Assembly (NCBI GenBank): GCA_030141605.1
Contig: JAQGDQ010002507.1
Coordinates: 1 to 16,155, forward strand
From: Tubiluchus corallicola
Lineage: Eukaryota; Animalia; Priapulida
DNA: 16,155 bases
Direction of reading: 5' to 3'
In this document: piece after piece, positions 6,284 through 16,155 of the stretch
How positions within the stretch are numbered: position 1 is the stretch's first letter
Layout: the number at the start of each line of letters is the position of its first letter
Notes under the pieces: model-generated
What the model was told of the DNA's origin: nothing
Database searches by the model: none
Seen by the model: only the letters and a program-made list of their open reading frames with translations
Made by a program: the position numbers and the translations under genes

Positions 6284-7762
6284 TTAAGAATTGTGTCCTT
6301 TATTCCTCATATGAGGAAACAAAATAACATCTCTTATAGAAAAAGAATTTGTAAAAAACATCACTAATCTATCTATTCCTATACCTAATCCACCTGCTGG
6401 AGGTAATCCATATTCCAAAGCGTTTATGTAATCAAGATCCATCATTTGAGCTTCTTCGTCACCTGATTCTCTTTTTTTAACTTGATCTTCAAATCTCTTT
6501 TTTTGTTCCCTTGGATCATTTAGTTCTGAGAAAGCATTTGCTACTTCTCTTCCAAATATAAAAGCTTCAAATCTATCAACCCAATCTTTTTCATCCTTTA
6601 AATTTTTTGCTAAAGGAGATATCTCCTTAGGGTATTCTGTGATAAAAGTAGGGTTTATTAAGGTTTCTTCCACTTTTTCTTCAAAGATTAGATTTAAAAT
6701 AGAAAATTTACTCATATTTTCTTCTAATTCAATGCCTAAGCTTTTAGCTTCTTGAATTATTTCACTATGATTCATACTTTTAAAATCTATACCTGTTTGA
6801 TTTTTTACTGCTTCACTCATTGTCATTTTTTTCCAAGGTTTTGCAAAATTTATTTTTTTTCCTTGGTATTCGATTTCTTCTTTTCCAAATAATTCTTTTA
6901 CTATGTAGTTAATTAAATCTTCTGTAAGATTTAACATTCCATCCATGTCTGAATAAGCTTGGTAGCACTCCATCATGGTAAATTCAGGATTATGCTGAGT
7001 TGATATTCCCTCATTTCTAAAACACCGATTTATTTCGAAAACTTTATCAAATCCTCCAACTAATAACCTTTTGAGATATAGCTCTGGAGCTATTCTAAGG
7101 TATAACTCCATGTCTAGTGTATTGTGATGAGTTACAAAAGGTTTTGCTGAAGCACCACCAATAATAGGGTGCAGCATTGGAGTTTCTGTTTCTAAAAACC
7201 CTTTATTTTCCATATAATTTCGAATTAATTTGATTACTTTAAATCTTGTTAAAAAAGTTTCTTTTACTTCTTTATTCATTATCAGGTCTAAATATCTTTG
7301 TCTATACCTAATTTCTATATCAGTTAGGCCATGAAATTTTTCAGGGAGTGGTCTTATGTTTTTAGATAATAATTTAAAGCTTTCTATCCTAAGAGTTAGT
7401 TCATCAGTTTTAGTTTTAAAAAGAGTACCTTCAACTCCAATATGATCTCCAACACCCATTTTTTTTAGTATTTCATATCTTTCAATTCCGATTTGATCAG
7501 ATCTTGCATATATCTGTATTTTTCCTGTTTGATCTTCAATGTGTGCAAAGATATTTTTCCCCATTCTTCTATAAGACATTATTCTTCCTGCAGTTTTAAA
7601 TATTTTTGTTGAAGTTTCATCAAAACTTAATAAATAATTTATGTAATGTTTTTTCTCAAAGCTTCTTCCAAAGGGTTCAATATTTAATTCTTTGATTTCT
7701 TCTACCTTTTGCCATTTTTCTTCAATTAAGTGATTTATAGGTTTTTCATTTAAAGCAGTCAT
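6284..7762 (-). CDS. lysS: Lysine--tRNA ligase (class II)
   Basis: N-terminal OB fold (AGRIMSYRRMGK), PLPEKFHGLTD, YRQRYLDL, GGASAKPF, LRIAPELYLKRL, FRNEG..HNPEFTM and YGLPPAGGLGIGIDRL; SD AAGGAGG. Confidence 0.99.
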   Translation of the reverse strand: MTALNEKPINHLIEEKWQKVEEIKELNIEPFGRSFEKKHYINYLLSFDETSTKIFKTAGRIMSYRRMGKNIFAHIEDQTGKIQIYARSDQIGIERYEILKKMGVGDHIGVEGTLFKTKTDELTLRIESFKLLSKNIRPLPEKFHGLTDIEIRYRQRYLDLIMNKEVKETFLTRFKVIKLIRNYMENKGFLETETPMLHPIIGGASAKPFVTHHNTLDMELYLRIAPELYLKRLLVGGFDKVFEINRCFRNEGISTQHNPEFTMMECYQAYSDMDGMLNLTEDLINYIVKELFGKEEIEYQGKKINFAKPWKKMTMSEAVKNQTGIDFKSMNHSEIIQEAKSLGIELEENMSKFSILNLIFEEKVEETLINPTFITEYPKEISPLAKNLKDEKDWVDRFEAFIFGREVANAFSELNDPREQKKRFEDQVKKRESGDEEAQMMDLDYINALEYGLPPAGGLGIGIDRLVMFFTNSFSIRDVILFPHMRNKGHNS

Positions 7763-7799
7763 ATTTCCTCCTTAATATACCTTATTTTATTAGTTTATA

Positions 7800-7828
7800 A
7801 TTATACAGTAATATTTTATTGTTGTAAA
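7800..7828 (-). promoter_or_regulatory. Putative lysS promoter
   Basis: Minus strand TTTACA (7828-7823), 17-nt spacer, TATAAT (7805-7800). Confidence 0.55.
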
Positions 7829-7844
7829 TGTCAAATCAAAGATG

Positions 7845-8918
7845 CTAAATGCGATCTAAATATTTTTTTATTTCATCATCATTTGTTTTGTCATACAAGT
7901 ATTTTAAAAATGCTATTGCTTTATCCGTTTTTATATAAAATTTCATATATTTTTTACCAAGAATAAGCTCATACTTTTCTTCATCTAAAGCAAGCCCTTC
8001 TAATAGATCAAATTCTTCCTCGTATTTTTCCTCATTTTCTAAAAATTCGATATAAATCATAATTACATCATGTCTTTTTTCTCCTTTAATGCGATATTCT
8101 ACAAATAGATCATAAACATACTTTTCTATATTTTCATAGCTTTTATTTTCTTCTGCTAACCTTACATATAGATATACATAATTTATTAAGTTAACATTTT
8201 CTGGATCTTTAGACTTTAAACTTTCTATTGCTAAGTACATTTCATCATCATTTTTAGTTTTATAGCTCTTTTCTATAGTCAGCTCTAGATGAGATTTTTT
8301 ATCTATATTTTTAAATATATTTTCTCCGACTATATTATTTAAATTTATTCTTTCTTTTTTATCATTGTCTTTTGCATCTATAGTTAATTCATAGTTGTTA
8401 TCTATTGAAGAATTATTTTCAATAGTTTCCCCTTTACTGCTGTCTTCGTTATCACTACCTATAGGTACACTATCTTCAGGATCATCGTCCTTATTGTTAT
8501 CTTTATTATCTTCAGTTATCTCATTATCACTATCTACTAATATGATATTTTCAGTTCCTTCATCTTTTTCTAGCTCAAGCTTGTCTTCAGTTGATTCAGG
8601 AATATAATCAATAACAGGATTACTTTCTAATATAGACCTTATTACATCCTCAGTATTAATAGATGGAGATATTCTTTTTTCAGCATTTTTTCCGTTATAA
8701 ATAATTGTATTTTTTGTTTCAATGTTTGGTAAACTTTTTTCAACTAAATCTTCATAATTAGGGTTTGTTATAATTTCTTTTATTATTAAAGATTCATCTA
8801 TTTTTCTTATTATATTTCCATTTTCATCTCTTTTCAAATTTTGCTGTTCTAATAGTTCATTTTCATTTCCCAATAATGCAGTAGACAATACTAGAAATGA
8901 TGCTAATTTAATTTTCAA
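7845..8918 (-). CDS. Hypothetical secreted protein with an acidic low-complexity linker and a helical (possibly TPR-like) C-terminal region
   Basis: TTG start after SD AAGGAGGA; signal-peptide-like MKIKLASFLVLSTALLG; D/E/N/S-rich middle; amphipathic helical C-terminus. Confidence 0.75.
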   Translation of the reverse strand: MKIKLASFLVLSTALLGNENELLEQQNLKRDENGNIIRKIDESLIIKEIITNPNYEDLVEKSLPNIETKNTIIYNGKNAEKRISPSINTEDVIRSILESNPVIDYIPESTEDKLELEKDEGTENIILVDSDNEITEDNKDNNKDDDPEDSVPIGSDNEDSSKGETIENNSSIDNNYELTIDAKDNDKKERINLNNIVGENIFKNIDKKSHLELTIEKSYKTKNDDEMYLAIESLKSKDPENVNLINYVYLYVRLAEENKSYENIEKYVYDLFVEYRIKGEKRHDVIMIYIEFLENEEKYEEEFDLLEGLALDEEKYELILGKKYMKFYIKTDKAIAFLKYLYDKTNDDEIKKYLDRI

Positions 8919-10378
8919 CCTTCCTCCTTGTTATTGTTTTAAATATTAAGTTTATATTTTATATTAAGAATATATAATTATAAGATATTTAGTAAATAAT
9001 TTAAATGATTATAATTAATATTTTATTTTGCATTGAAATAAATACTTTGAAATTTATTAAAATTAATGTATACTTTAAATTATATCATTACATTATATAC
9101 TAATATACTTAAATTTGTGAAATTTATCAAATGATTTTTTATTGTTATATTATTTAAGGAGAAGTTATGGGGTATATTAAGGTTTTAGATGAATCTATTT
9201 CTAATATAATTGCAGCAGGGGAAGTAGTGGAAAATCCATCAAGTATGATTAAAGAACTAATTGAAAACTCTTTAGACGCTAAATCTACTTTTATAAAAAT
9301 AAGAGTAAATAAAAATGGAAGAAATGTTACGATCACTGATAATGGTGTTGGAATGGATAAAGAAGATTTGTTTTTGTCTTTAGAAAGGTTTGCTACAAGT
9401 AAGATTTCTAAAAAAGATGACATTTTTAATTTGACAACTTATGGTTTTAGAGGAGAAGCTCTATCTTCCATATCATCTGTTTCTAAAATAAATATTTCAT
9501 CAAAAACAGTGGAAAAAAAAATTGGATCTAAAATATATGCTAGTGGTGGTAAATATACAAAAATAGAAGATTACTATGGCAAAACTGGAACTATTATAGA
9601 AATAAAAGATCTTTTTTTTAATACTCCTGCTAGATTAAAATTTTTACGTAAAAAATCAACAGAATATAACCATATTAGGGATATTGTTATAAAAGAAGCT
9701 TTAAGTAATTTTAACGTAAGTTTTTCCTTAAGCCTTGATGAAAATACTGTTCTTGAAACCAGTGGTAAAGACATAGAGAATTGTATTTTTGAAATTTTTG
9801 GAAAAAATACATTAAAAAATATTTTAAAATTTGAACTTGGATATTTAGGAAATAGTGAGCTTTTTAAGTCTACTAGAGATAATATTTATGTTTTTATTAA
9901 TAATAGACCTGTAAAATCCACTATCGTTGAAAATGCAATTATAGATGCTTTTTATACAAAGTTATCAAATGGTAGATACCCATTTTCTATTGTTTTATTG
10001 AATATAAATCCTAAAGATGTAGATGTAAATGTACATCCATCAAAAAAAATAGTTAAATTTTCAAATGACAAAAAAATATATGATTATGTATATTCACTTG
10101 CAAATAAATCTATGGAAGATAATGAAAGTTTCTTTTCTCCTAAACTAAAAATAAATACTAATAGATCTTCTATAATAAACACAGAAGAATTTTTATCAAA
10201 TGAAGGTACTAGTATTGATAATTTTGATCTTGATGTTAAAGATGTGACTAAAGAAGATGCTTCTAAATATAATTTAGGTGGGATAAATAATAGAGAGAAA
10301 GGAATAAAAATATCAGAAAATAAAATAGAAAATAAAGTATCTAAAGATAAAACGTATTCAAAGCTAAAGCAAGAAAAT

Positions 10379-10400
10379 AATGACCTAAATGACTAAATGA
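10379..10400 (+). repeat. Degenerate 9-bp tandem repeat at the mutL break
   Basis: AATGACCTA AATGAC-TA AATGA; the second copy lacks one C, which creates the TAA stop. Confidence 0.7.
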
Positions 10401-10441
10401 AATTAACGAAGAACATTTAAAATATAATGAACGGTACATTT

Positions 10442-10477
10442 AATGGTGCTTCTACAAATAATGGTGTTTCTACAAAG
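10442..10477 (+). repeat. 18-bp tandem duplication in the mutL linker
   Basis: AATGGTGCTTCTACAAAT / AATGGTGTTTCTACAAAG (16 of 18 identical; encodes NGASTN NGVSTK). Confidence 0.75.
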
Positions 10478-11112
10478 ATTTTTGATAATAATATTGACAA
10501 AATAAATAAAAACTCATATAGTTTAAATATAGGCACTCCACATAAAATACTTGGACAATTAAAAGATATGTATATAGTTGTTGAAAGTGACAACTCTCTT
10601 GAAATTTATGATCAGCATATAATACAAGAAAGAGTTTTATACGAAAAACTAAAGAAAAAACACTATAATAAAGATATTGCAAGTCAATCTCTTTTAGTAC
10701 CTTTAAAAGTTTTTGTTGATTATAAAGAAAAGACAGTAATTTTTGAAAATATTAATTTGTTAAAAGAATTTGGTTTTGAAATTGAAGAGTTTGGAGATAG
10801 AGAAATACTTATTAGAAGTGTACCTGTTTTTAATTTTAGAGTAAGTGTTGAAAAAACTTTCAAGAATATGATTTCAACTCTTTTAAATGAAACAAATATT
10901 AAAGATTTTAGAGAGCGAATTTTAATAGGTATGTCTTGTAAAAATGCTATAAAAGCAGGAGAAAAATTATCTATTGAAGAAATGAAAATACTTCTTAAAG
11001 ATCTGCATAATTTTGGAAAGTATACCTGTCCACATGGTAGGCCAATTATATTGAAATTGCTATTTAGTGATATTGAAAAAAATTTTAAAAGAAGGTAAAA
11101 AATGAGGTACCT

Positions 11113-11583
11113 ATGCCTAATGTCAATTTAATTTGTGTTGGAAAAATAAAGGATAAGTATATTAGTATTGGTATAGAGGAATACAAAAAAAGAGTGAAGC
11201 CATATGTGAAGTTAAATATTATTGAGCTAAAAGAAAAAAATTTTGAATCCAATATTAATTTAACAGTTGAGAAAGAATCAAGCGATATTATTGAAACTCT
11301 TAATAAACTTAATAGTGGTTACAATGTTTTGTTAGATATAAACGGCAAATGTATGCCATCAATAGATACTAGCAAATATATTGATAAGTTATTGCTATCT
11401 TATAGTACTATTAACTTTATTATTGGTGGTTCATATGGTGTATCTGGAGATGTAAAATTATTTGTAAATTTTATGTATAGTTTTTCAAAGCTTACTTTTC
11501 CTCATCAACTAATGAGATTAATTTTTTTAGAGCAACTATATCGCTGGTTTTCAATTCTAAACAATAATAAATATCATAAATAA
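11113..11583 (+). CDS. rlmH: 23S rRNA (pseudouridine1915-N3)-methyltransferase
   Basis: ICVGKIK, EYKKR, LDINGK, FIIGGSYG, SKLTFPHQLMRLIFLEQLYR and terminal YHK. Confidence 0.97.
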   Translation: MPNVNLICVGKIKDKYISIGIEEYKKRVKPYVKLNIIELKEKNFESNINLTVEKESSDIIETLNKLNSGYNVLLDINGKCMPSIDTSKYIDKLLLSYSTINFIIGGSYGVSGDVKLFVNFMYSFSKLTFPHQLMRLIFLEQLYRWFSILNNNKYHK

Positions 11584-11598
11584 GAGAGGTGGATTTTT

Positions 11599-11961
11599 AT
11601 GTATTCTATTAATGAAAGTTTTTTCTTTGAAATTGATGAAGAAGACATAGAGCTAACTGTTATAGGAGATATTTTTTTAGACAAAAAAGAATATATTATT
11701 ACAGAAGATCTTTTTTCTAAAAAATATGTATTTTTATTTGATGAAGAAGATGAAGAAATTTATTTAATAGAAGATAGTTCAGAAGATATAATATTACAAT
11801 GGGAAGATGAATATTACGGAACTAGTGATAGTGGATCTTGGAATTCTGATATAAAAGACTTTGATGAAAGTATTAAAGAATATGCATATAATGAATGTGA
11901 CTCTTACGAAGAAATTGATGAAGACTTTAACTCTTATATTGATCACTTGAATAATGAATAA
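11599..11961 (+). CDS. Highly acidic hypothetical protein (DUF1292-like, tentative)
   Basis: 120 aa with about one third Asp/Glu; beta-rich-looking N-terminus (FFFEIDEEDIELTVIGDIFLDKKEYII); SD GAGGTG. Confidence 0.7.
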   Translation: MYSINESFFFEIDEEDIELTVIGDIFLDKKEYIITEDLFSKKYVFLFDEEDEEIYLIEDSSEDIILQWEDEYYGTSDSGSWNSDIKDFDESIKEYAYNECDSYEEIDEDFNSYIDHLNNE

Positions 11962-12319
11962 TAAAATAAACATTACTATTAATAGTAAGGATACATTTGG
12001 TATGAATGAAATTAGTAGCTATGAAGTTAATAAAAGTGTGACAAAAATAGGGCTAGCTTATACTTCAAAAACTATTAAGATATATGTAATAAAAAAAAAT
12101 ATTCATATAAAAAGAAAAGGTAAGATTGAAAGCTCTCAAGTATTTTCATTAAATAAGATTACTAAAATGAGCTATAAAACACAATACTTAGATACATTTT
12201 TTAATATTAAATGTAAAAAAATGATTATTACTAATGATGAAATTAGCTTAATGTATGAGCTTTATGATTCTACTAGCCTTATAAACAAAATTAACTTACA
12301 TATTTATGAGAGCTTATAA
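11954..12319 (+). CDS. Hypothetical protein, DUF1934/YwiB-like (tentative)
   Basis: 8-bp overlap with the upstream gene (ATGAATAA). IHIKRKGKIESSQVF...MSYKTQY resembles the DUF1934 pattern. Confidence 0.65.
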   Translation: MNNKINITINSKDTFGMNEISSYEVNKSVTKIGLAYTSKTIKIYVIKKNIHIKRKGKIESSQVFSLNKITKMSYKTQYLDTFFNIKCKKMIITNDEISLMYELYDSTSLINKINLHIYESL

Positions 12320-12493
12320 CAGACTTTTGTATAAATTGAATTTGCTTTTAATATGAAGTAAAATTACTATAAACTCAATTAGATAAAATAAAATGTATAT
12401 GTTAAATATAATATTAATATTAGTAGAAAGTAAATATACATAATAACTATCAGGGAAATTTATTTTATAGTATAAATAAAGGAGATTAAATTA

Positions 12494-13627
12494 TTGAATA
12501 TAGGATTTGATGCGAAAAGAGCATTTTTAAATAACAGGGGCCTAGGTAATTACAGTAGAGCTATTATTTCAGGTTTAGAGAAATTTAAAAAAGAAAATAA
12601 TTATTTTCTGTATACTCCAAAAATAAATAAAGAATTGTATGACTTTAATTCTAATGATATAGTTACTGTTAAAGCTCCTAACAATGTTTTAAAAAGAAAA
12701 CTTTCTTCTTTATGGAGAGTTTTTGGAATAAGAAAAGAAATATGTGAAGATAATATAAATGTATTTCATGGACTTAGCAATGAAATTCCATTTGGGATTA
12801 ATCATAAAAAAGTAAAAACAGTTGTAACTATACATGATCTTTTGTTTTTTTATTTGCCAAAACAATTTACTAAAATTGATGTTGCTGTATATAAATATAA
12901 AACTAAATATGCTTGTAAAAAATCTGATATGATTATTGCAGTTAGTGAACAAACTAAAAAAGATATCATAAAGTTTTTTAATATTTCAGAAAAAAAAATA
13001 AAAGTAATTTATCAGCCTTGTTTTTCTATTTTTTATAATGAAATATCTGAGGAAAAAACAAATAAAATAATAGAAAAATATTCTCTACCTAAAAAATTCA
13101 TTTTATCAACAGGAGCCATAGAAGAAAGAAAAAATCATTTAAAAGTAATTGAGGCTATTTATAAATATGAATTAAATGTTAAGTATGTTATTGCAGGAAG
13201 ACATACTTCATATAGTGATAAAATAAATAAATTTATATCAAATAAAAACTTAAAAAATAAAGTTTTTATTTTAGAAAATATATCTAATGAAGAGTTAAGC
13301 ATTTTATATAAACTTGCAGACATATTTATATTTCCATCAATTTATGAAGGTTTTGGGATTCCACTTGTTGAAGCAGCAGCTTCAAAAACTCCCATAATTA
13401 CAACTAGAGGAGGATGTTTTGAAGAAGTTGCAGGACCTCACAGTTTATATGTTGAGCCCTCTTCTGTTGATGAAATAGCAGAAAAAATACTTCTATTAAA
13501 AGATGATTTTACTCTACAAAGAAACATGACAGAAAATACTTATGAGTATATAAAAAGATTTGACCATGAAAAAATAGTAAAAGAAATAGAAAGCGTATAT
13601 AAAGACCTTGTAAATGGTAAACTATAA
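12494..13627 (+). CDS. GT4-family (group 1) glycosyltransferase
   Basis: MNIGFDAKRAF..RGLGNYSR, VVTIHDL, IAVSEQTKKD, G.IEERKN and FPSIYEGFGIPLVEA (E-x7-E); TTG start after SD AAGGAG. Confidence 0.93.
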   Translation: MNIGFDAKRAFLNNRGLGNYSRAIISGLEKFKKENNYFLYTPKINKELYDFNSNDIVTVKAPNNVLKRKLSSLWRVFGIRKEICEDNINVFHGLSNEIPFGINHKKVKTVVTIHDLLFFYLPKQFTKIDVAVYKYKTKYACKKSDMIIAVSEQTKKDIIKFFNISEKKIKVIYQPCFSIFYNEISEEKTNKIIEKYSLPKKFILSTGAIEERKNHLKVIEAIYKYELNVKYVIAGRHTSYSDKINKFISNKNLKNKVFILENISNEELSILYKLADIFIFPSIYEGFGIPLVEAAASKTPIITTRGGCFEEVAGPHSLYVEPSSVDEIAEKILLLKDDFTLQRNMTENTYEYIKRFDHEKIVKEIESVYKDLVNGKL

Positions 13628-13639
13628 AATCTCTATACA

Positions 13640-16083
13640 TTAGGGTTTTTGCAGTAGTTTTTCTTTACTAATTATATTTATATTTTTAGATGGAAGAGAT
13701 TCTAAAAATAATTTACCGTAGGATTTTTTAACAATTCTATTATCAAGAATGGTGATTATACCTTTATCATTTTTACTTCTAATAAGTCTTCCTACACCTT
13801 GTTTTAGCTTTATAATAGATTCTGGAATTTGGTAATCTAAAAATGGGTTTCCCCCTTCATTTTCAATGTTTTCAATAGTTGCTTCAACTATTGGGTCATT
13901 TGGTACTTTAAATGGGAGCTTTACTATAATAACAGAGCTTAGCTTATCCCCTGTGACATCTACACCTTCCCAAAAGCTAGAAGTACCAAATAGTATAGGT
14001 TTTTCACTTAGATTATACATGGTAATAAGTTTATTTCTAGGCATTACACCTTGAATAAACAAATTATATCCCTCATTTTCTAAATCATCTCTTAATAAAT
14101 AGTATAAAAAATTCAGTGATGAATAAGATGTAAATAAAACAAAAGTGTTTCCATTATTTCTTATGATTAAGCTACTTACGATCTCTTTAATTTCTGATAT
14201 AAAACTTATACTATTAGGATCTGGAATATCTTTAGGTATGTATACTTTCATTTGATTGTCATAGTTAAATGGGGATGATATAATTCCTTCAATAACCTTT
14301 TCGTTTAACCCAATAGAATCTTTAAAATACTGAAAGTCATTTCCAATTGCAATAGTTGCAGATGTAAATATAATGTTTGATAAGTAATAAAAAAGAGTAT
14401 CTGCAAGTTCATCATTAATTTTCAATGGAGTTGCAACTAATTTAACATTGTTTTTTTTAGGGTTAATTGATAACCAATATATAAAGCTCTGATCCTCAAG
14501 ATTTACAATAGTTTTTAGATCTATAAAGATTGATTCTACTCTATTTACATATTTTATAAAGTTATTTATTGTACCGTCATCATCCTCACAATCTTTTATT
14601 AAAGTAATAACCTTTGAAATACTTTTCATATATTTTTTAAAAATAATATACAATTCTTTTTCTTTTTCTAAAATATTATCCCAAAGTGAATTTTTTTTTA
14701 GGCTTTTATTTTGTAATCTGATATTAATAGATCTACTTTTATCCTTTGAAAATGTGTCTATTATAAAATTAAAGTAAAGATTAGTTTCCTTATAAAGGTC
14801 CTTATGTAAAGGAGAAATATCGTTTAAGAAATATTCTTTTATTTTTTCACTTTCTTCAAACTTAATGTTATTTAAATAGTTTATAAGTAACTTGAAACTA
14901 CCTAATGACTTTTCATTAGATAAGTTACTAAGACGGTTCATGTTTCTATTAAAACCATATTTAGAAACTTCCACAGAAAAATAACTTTGTGCAACATTTT
15001 TTATATTTGAGCTTCATCAAATACTACACAGTCATAATCAAGCAAAATTGCATAATCAGTATGAAATCCAACTTCCTTTCTTATAGAAAGATCTGCAAAA
15101 AACATATGGTGGTTTGTAATAAATACATCTGCTTTTGATTTTTCTAGCCTAGCTAAATTAAAAAAACATCTAGATTTATATTTACACTTATTCCCAGAAC
15201 ATAAGTCACTTTCACAATTAAAATTTTCCCAAATTGACATACTAATTTCAAAATATAACTCATTTTTATCTCCAATTTTTGTACTTTGAGACCACTTCAG
15301 TATTTTTTCATATTGATCCTTTTGAGAGTCTGATAATTTTTCAAAATTTATATTAGCGTTTTTAGAAAAATTTAGAGTTTTTAATAAGCAAAGGTAATTT
15401 CCCATACCTTTTATTAAAGTATAAGAAAAAGAATTATTCATAAGCTTACTAACTATAGGTATGTCTTTATTTAAAAGCTGTTCTTGTAGATTAATAGTAT
15501 TTGTGCTAAGTATAATTTTTTTTTCATTTTTTATTGCCCATTCTATTGTTGGAATTAGATATGCTAAAGTTTTGCCAGTTCCTGTGCCTGCTTCAACAAT
15601 AACTTTAGATTTTTCATTTAAGCCTTTTTCTACTAGTTTAGCCATTTCTAGCTGCTCTTTTCTATACTCAAATGATGAAAAAATAGAGCTTAAGAGTCCA
15701 TTTTCCTCAAAATAAGGTTTTATATCTATAATTTCATTTTTTTTATTGGGAAGTTCAATAATAATATATATATCGTCTACATTGTTGTTGATTATATAGG
15801 ATGCACCGTTTTTCTTTTTTGAATATAAAACAGCAATTTCTATATCTGCATCAGAGGGATAAAGGTATCCTGAAGGGTGATTATGTATAATTACCTCATT
15901 TTTTTTCATTCTATTTATCATAGCAGGTACTGAATGTCTATTTCCCCTAGCAAATACTTCTATGTCTATTACTACGTTATTATCTACTATTCCTCTAAAG
16001 AAAACTTCATTTCCTGAAGCCTCTGTAATAGCTGTTTTTATTTTTTTAATAGCATTATTTGAAATTTTTTCATAAATATCCAT
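13640..16083 (-). pseudogene. dinG: DinG/XPD-family Fe-S DNA helicase with an N-terminal JAB/RadC-like domain; one base missing in the DEAH box
   Basis: ORF 15001..16083: JAMM motif HNHPSGYLYPSDAD, Q motif YRKEQ, Walker A AGTGTGKT, Fe-S cysteines, and DEA. ORF 13640..14974: FTSAT, LFTSY, SFWEGVDV, KLPF and QGVGRLIRS. Adding one base near 15007/15008 gives DEAH-NIKNVAQSYFSVEVSKY and a continuous 814-aa protein. Confidence 0.9.
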
Positions 16084-16155
16084 TTTACACCTCTATATAT
16101 TTTACTATAATTATTTATATATAACAATAAATAATAAAGAATTATTTATGAAAAA

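Larger units (their letters stand above)
9167..11098 (+). pseudogene. mutL: DNA mismatch repair endonuclease MutL, interrupted in the interdomain linker (pieces 9167..10396 and 10427..11098, same frame)
   Basis: The N part has the GHKL motifs IAAGEVVENP, KELIENSLDA, DNGVGM, ATSKI, GFRGEAL and DVNVHPSK. The C part has DQHIIQERVLYE, the clamp motif QSLLVP, SCKNAIK and CPHGRP. In-frame TAA codons at 10394 and 10418 separate them; the repaired length would be about 643 aa. Confidence 0.9.

Noticed and set aside
9116-9131. CRP/Rex-like site TGTGA-N6-TCAAA upstream of mutL
   Set aside because: A single imperfect match in a very AT-rich spacer, with no supporting regulatory logic.
10394-10420. Stop-codon readthrough or an alternative genetic code in mutL
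   Set aside because: TAA is the normal stop for most genes in the window, and two successive TAA codons would have to be read through.
12336-12364. Promoter-like TTGAAT-17-TAAAAT upstream of the GT4 gene
   Set aside because: Plausible, but about 130 nt from the start codon in an A/T-saturated spacer with many similar hexamers.
13620-13645. Terminator between the convergent GT4 and dinG genes
   Set aside because: Only a 12-nt gap and no hairpin visible.
5234-15715. Short nested ORFs 5234..5548, 8395..8607, 9154..9423, 9574..9774, 10470..10682, 12710..12952, 13866..14054 and 15461..15715
   Set aside because: All overlap well-supported genes on the opposite strand and lack recognisable motifs.

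Overview
Very AT-rich (about a quarter GC, judged by eye) bacterial chromosomal segment. The combination of kdsB (LPS), an endonuclease-type MutL, [FeFe]-hydrogenase maturation genes and a JAB-DinG fusion suggests an anaerobic Gram-negative, probably Fusobacteriota (inference). Gene order: a partial, frameshifted zinc-hook coiled-coil ABC-type ATPase (AAA_13/RloC-like, minus); kdsB; a TM1266-family regulator - hydG - aspartate ammonia-lyase unit; an orphan XRE regulator with a palindromic operator array over its promoter; lysS; a secreted hypothetical protein; an interrupted mutL; rlmH; two small hypotheticals; a GT4 glycosyltransferase; and a frameshifted JAB-domain DinG helicase. The best novelty candidate is the spacer between the TM1266-family gene and hydG. 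It has attenuator architecture: a GAAA-capped hairpin, a possible 7-bp antiterminator, an intrinsic terminator, and a 17-aa SD-led leader ORF with two Tyr codons (tyrosine is the HydG substrate). Three nucleic-acid ATPase genes are broken by apparent single-base indels, which may be assembly errors or the signature of a mutL-defective mutator. No rRNA, tRNA, CRISPR array or transposase was seen.
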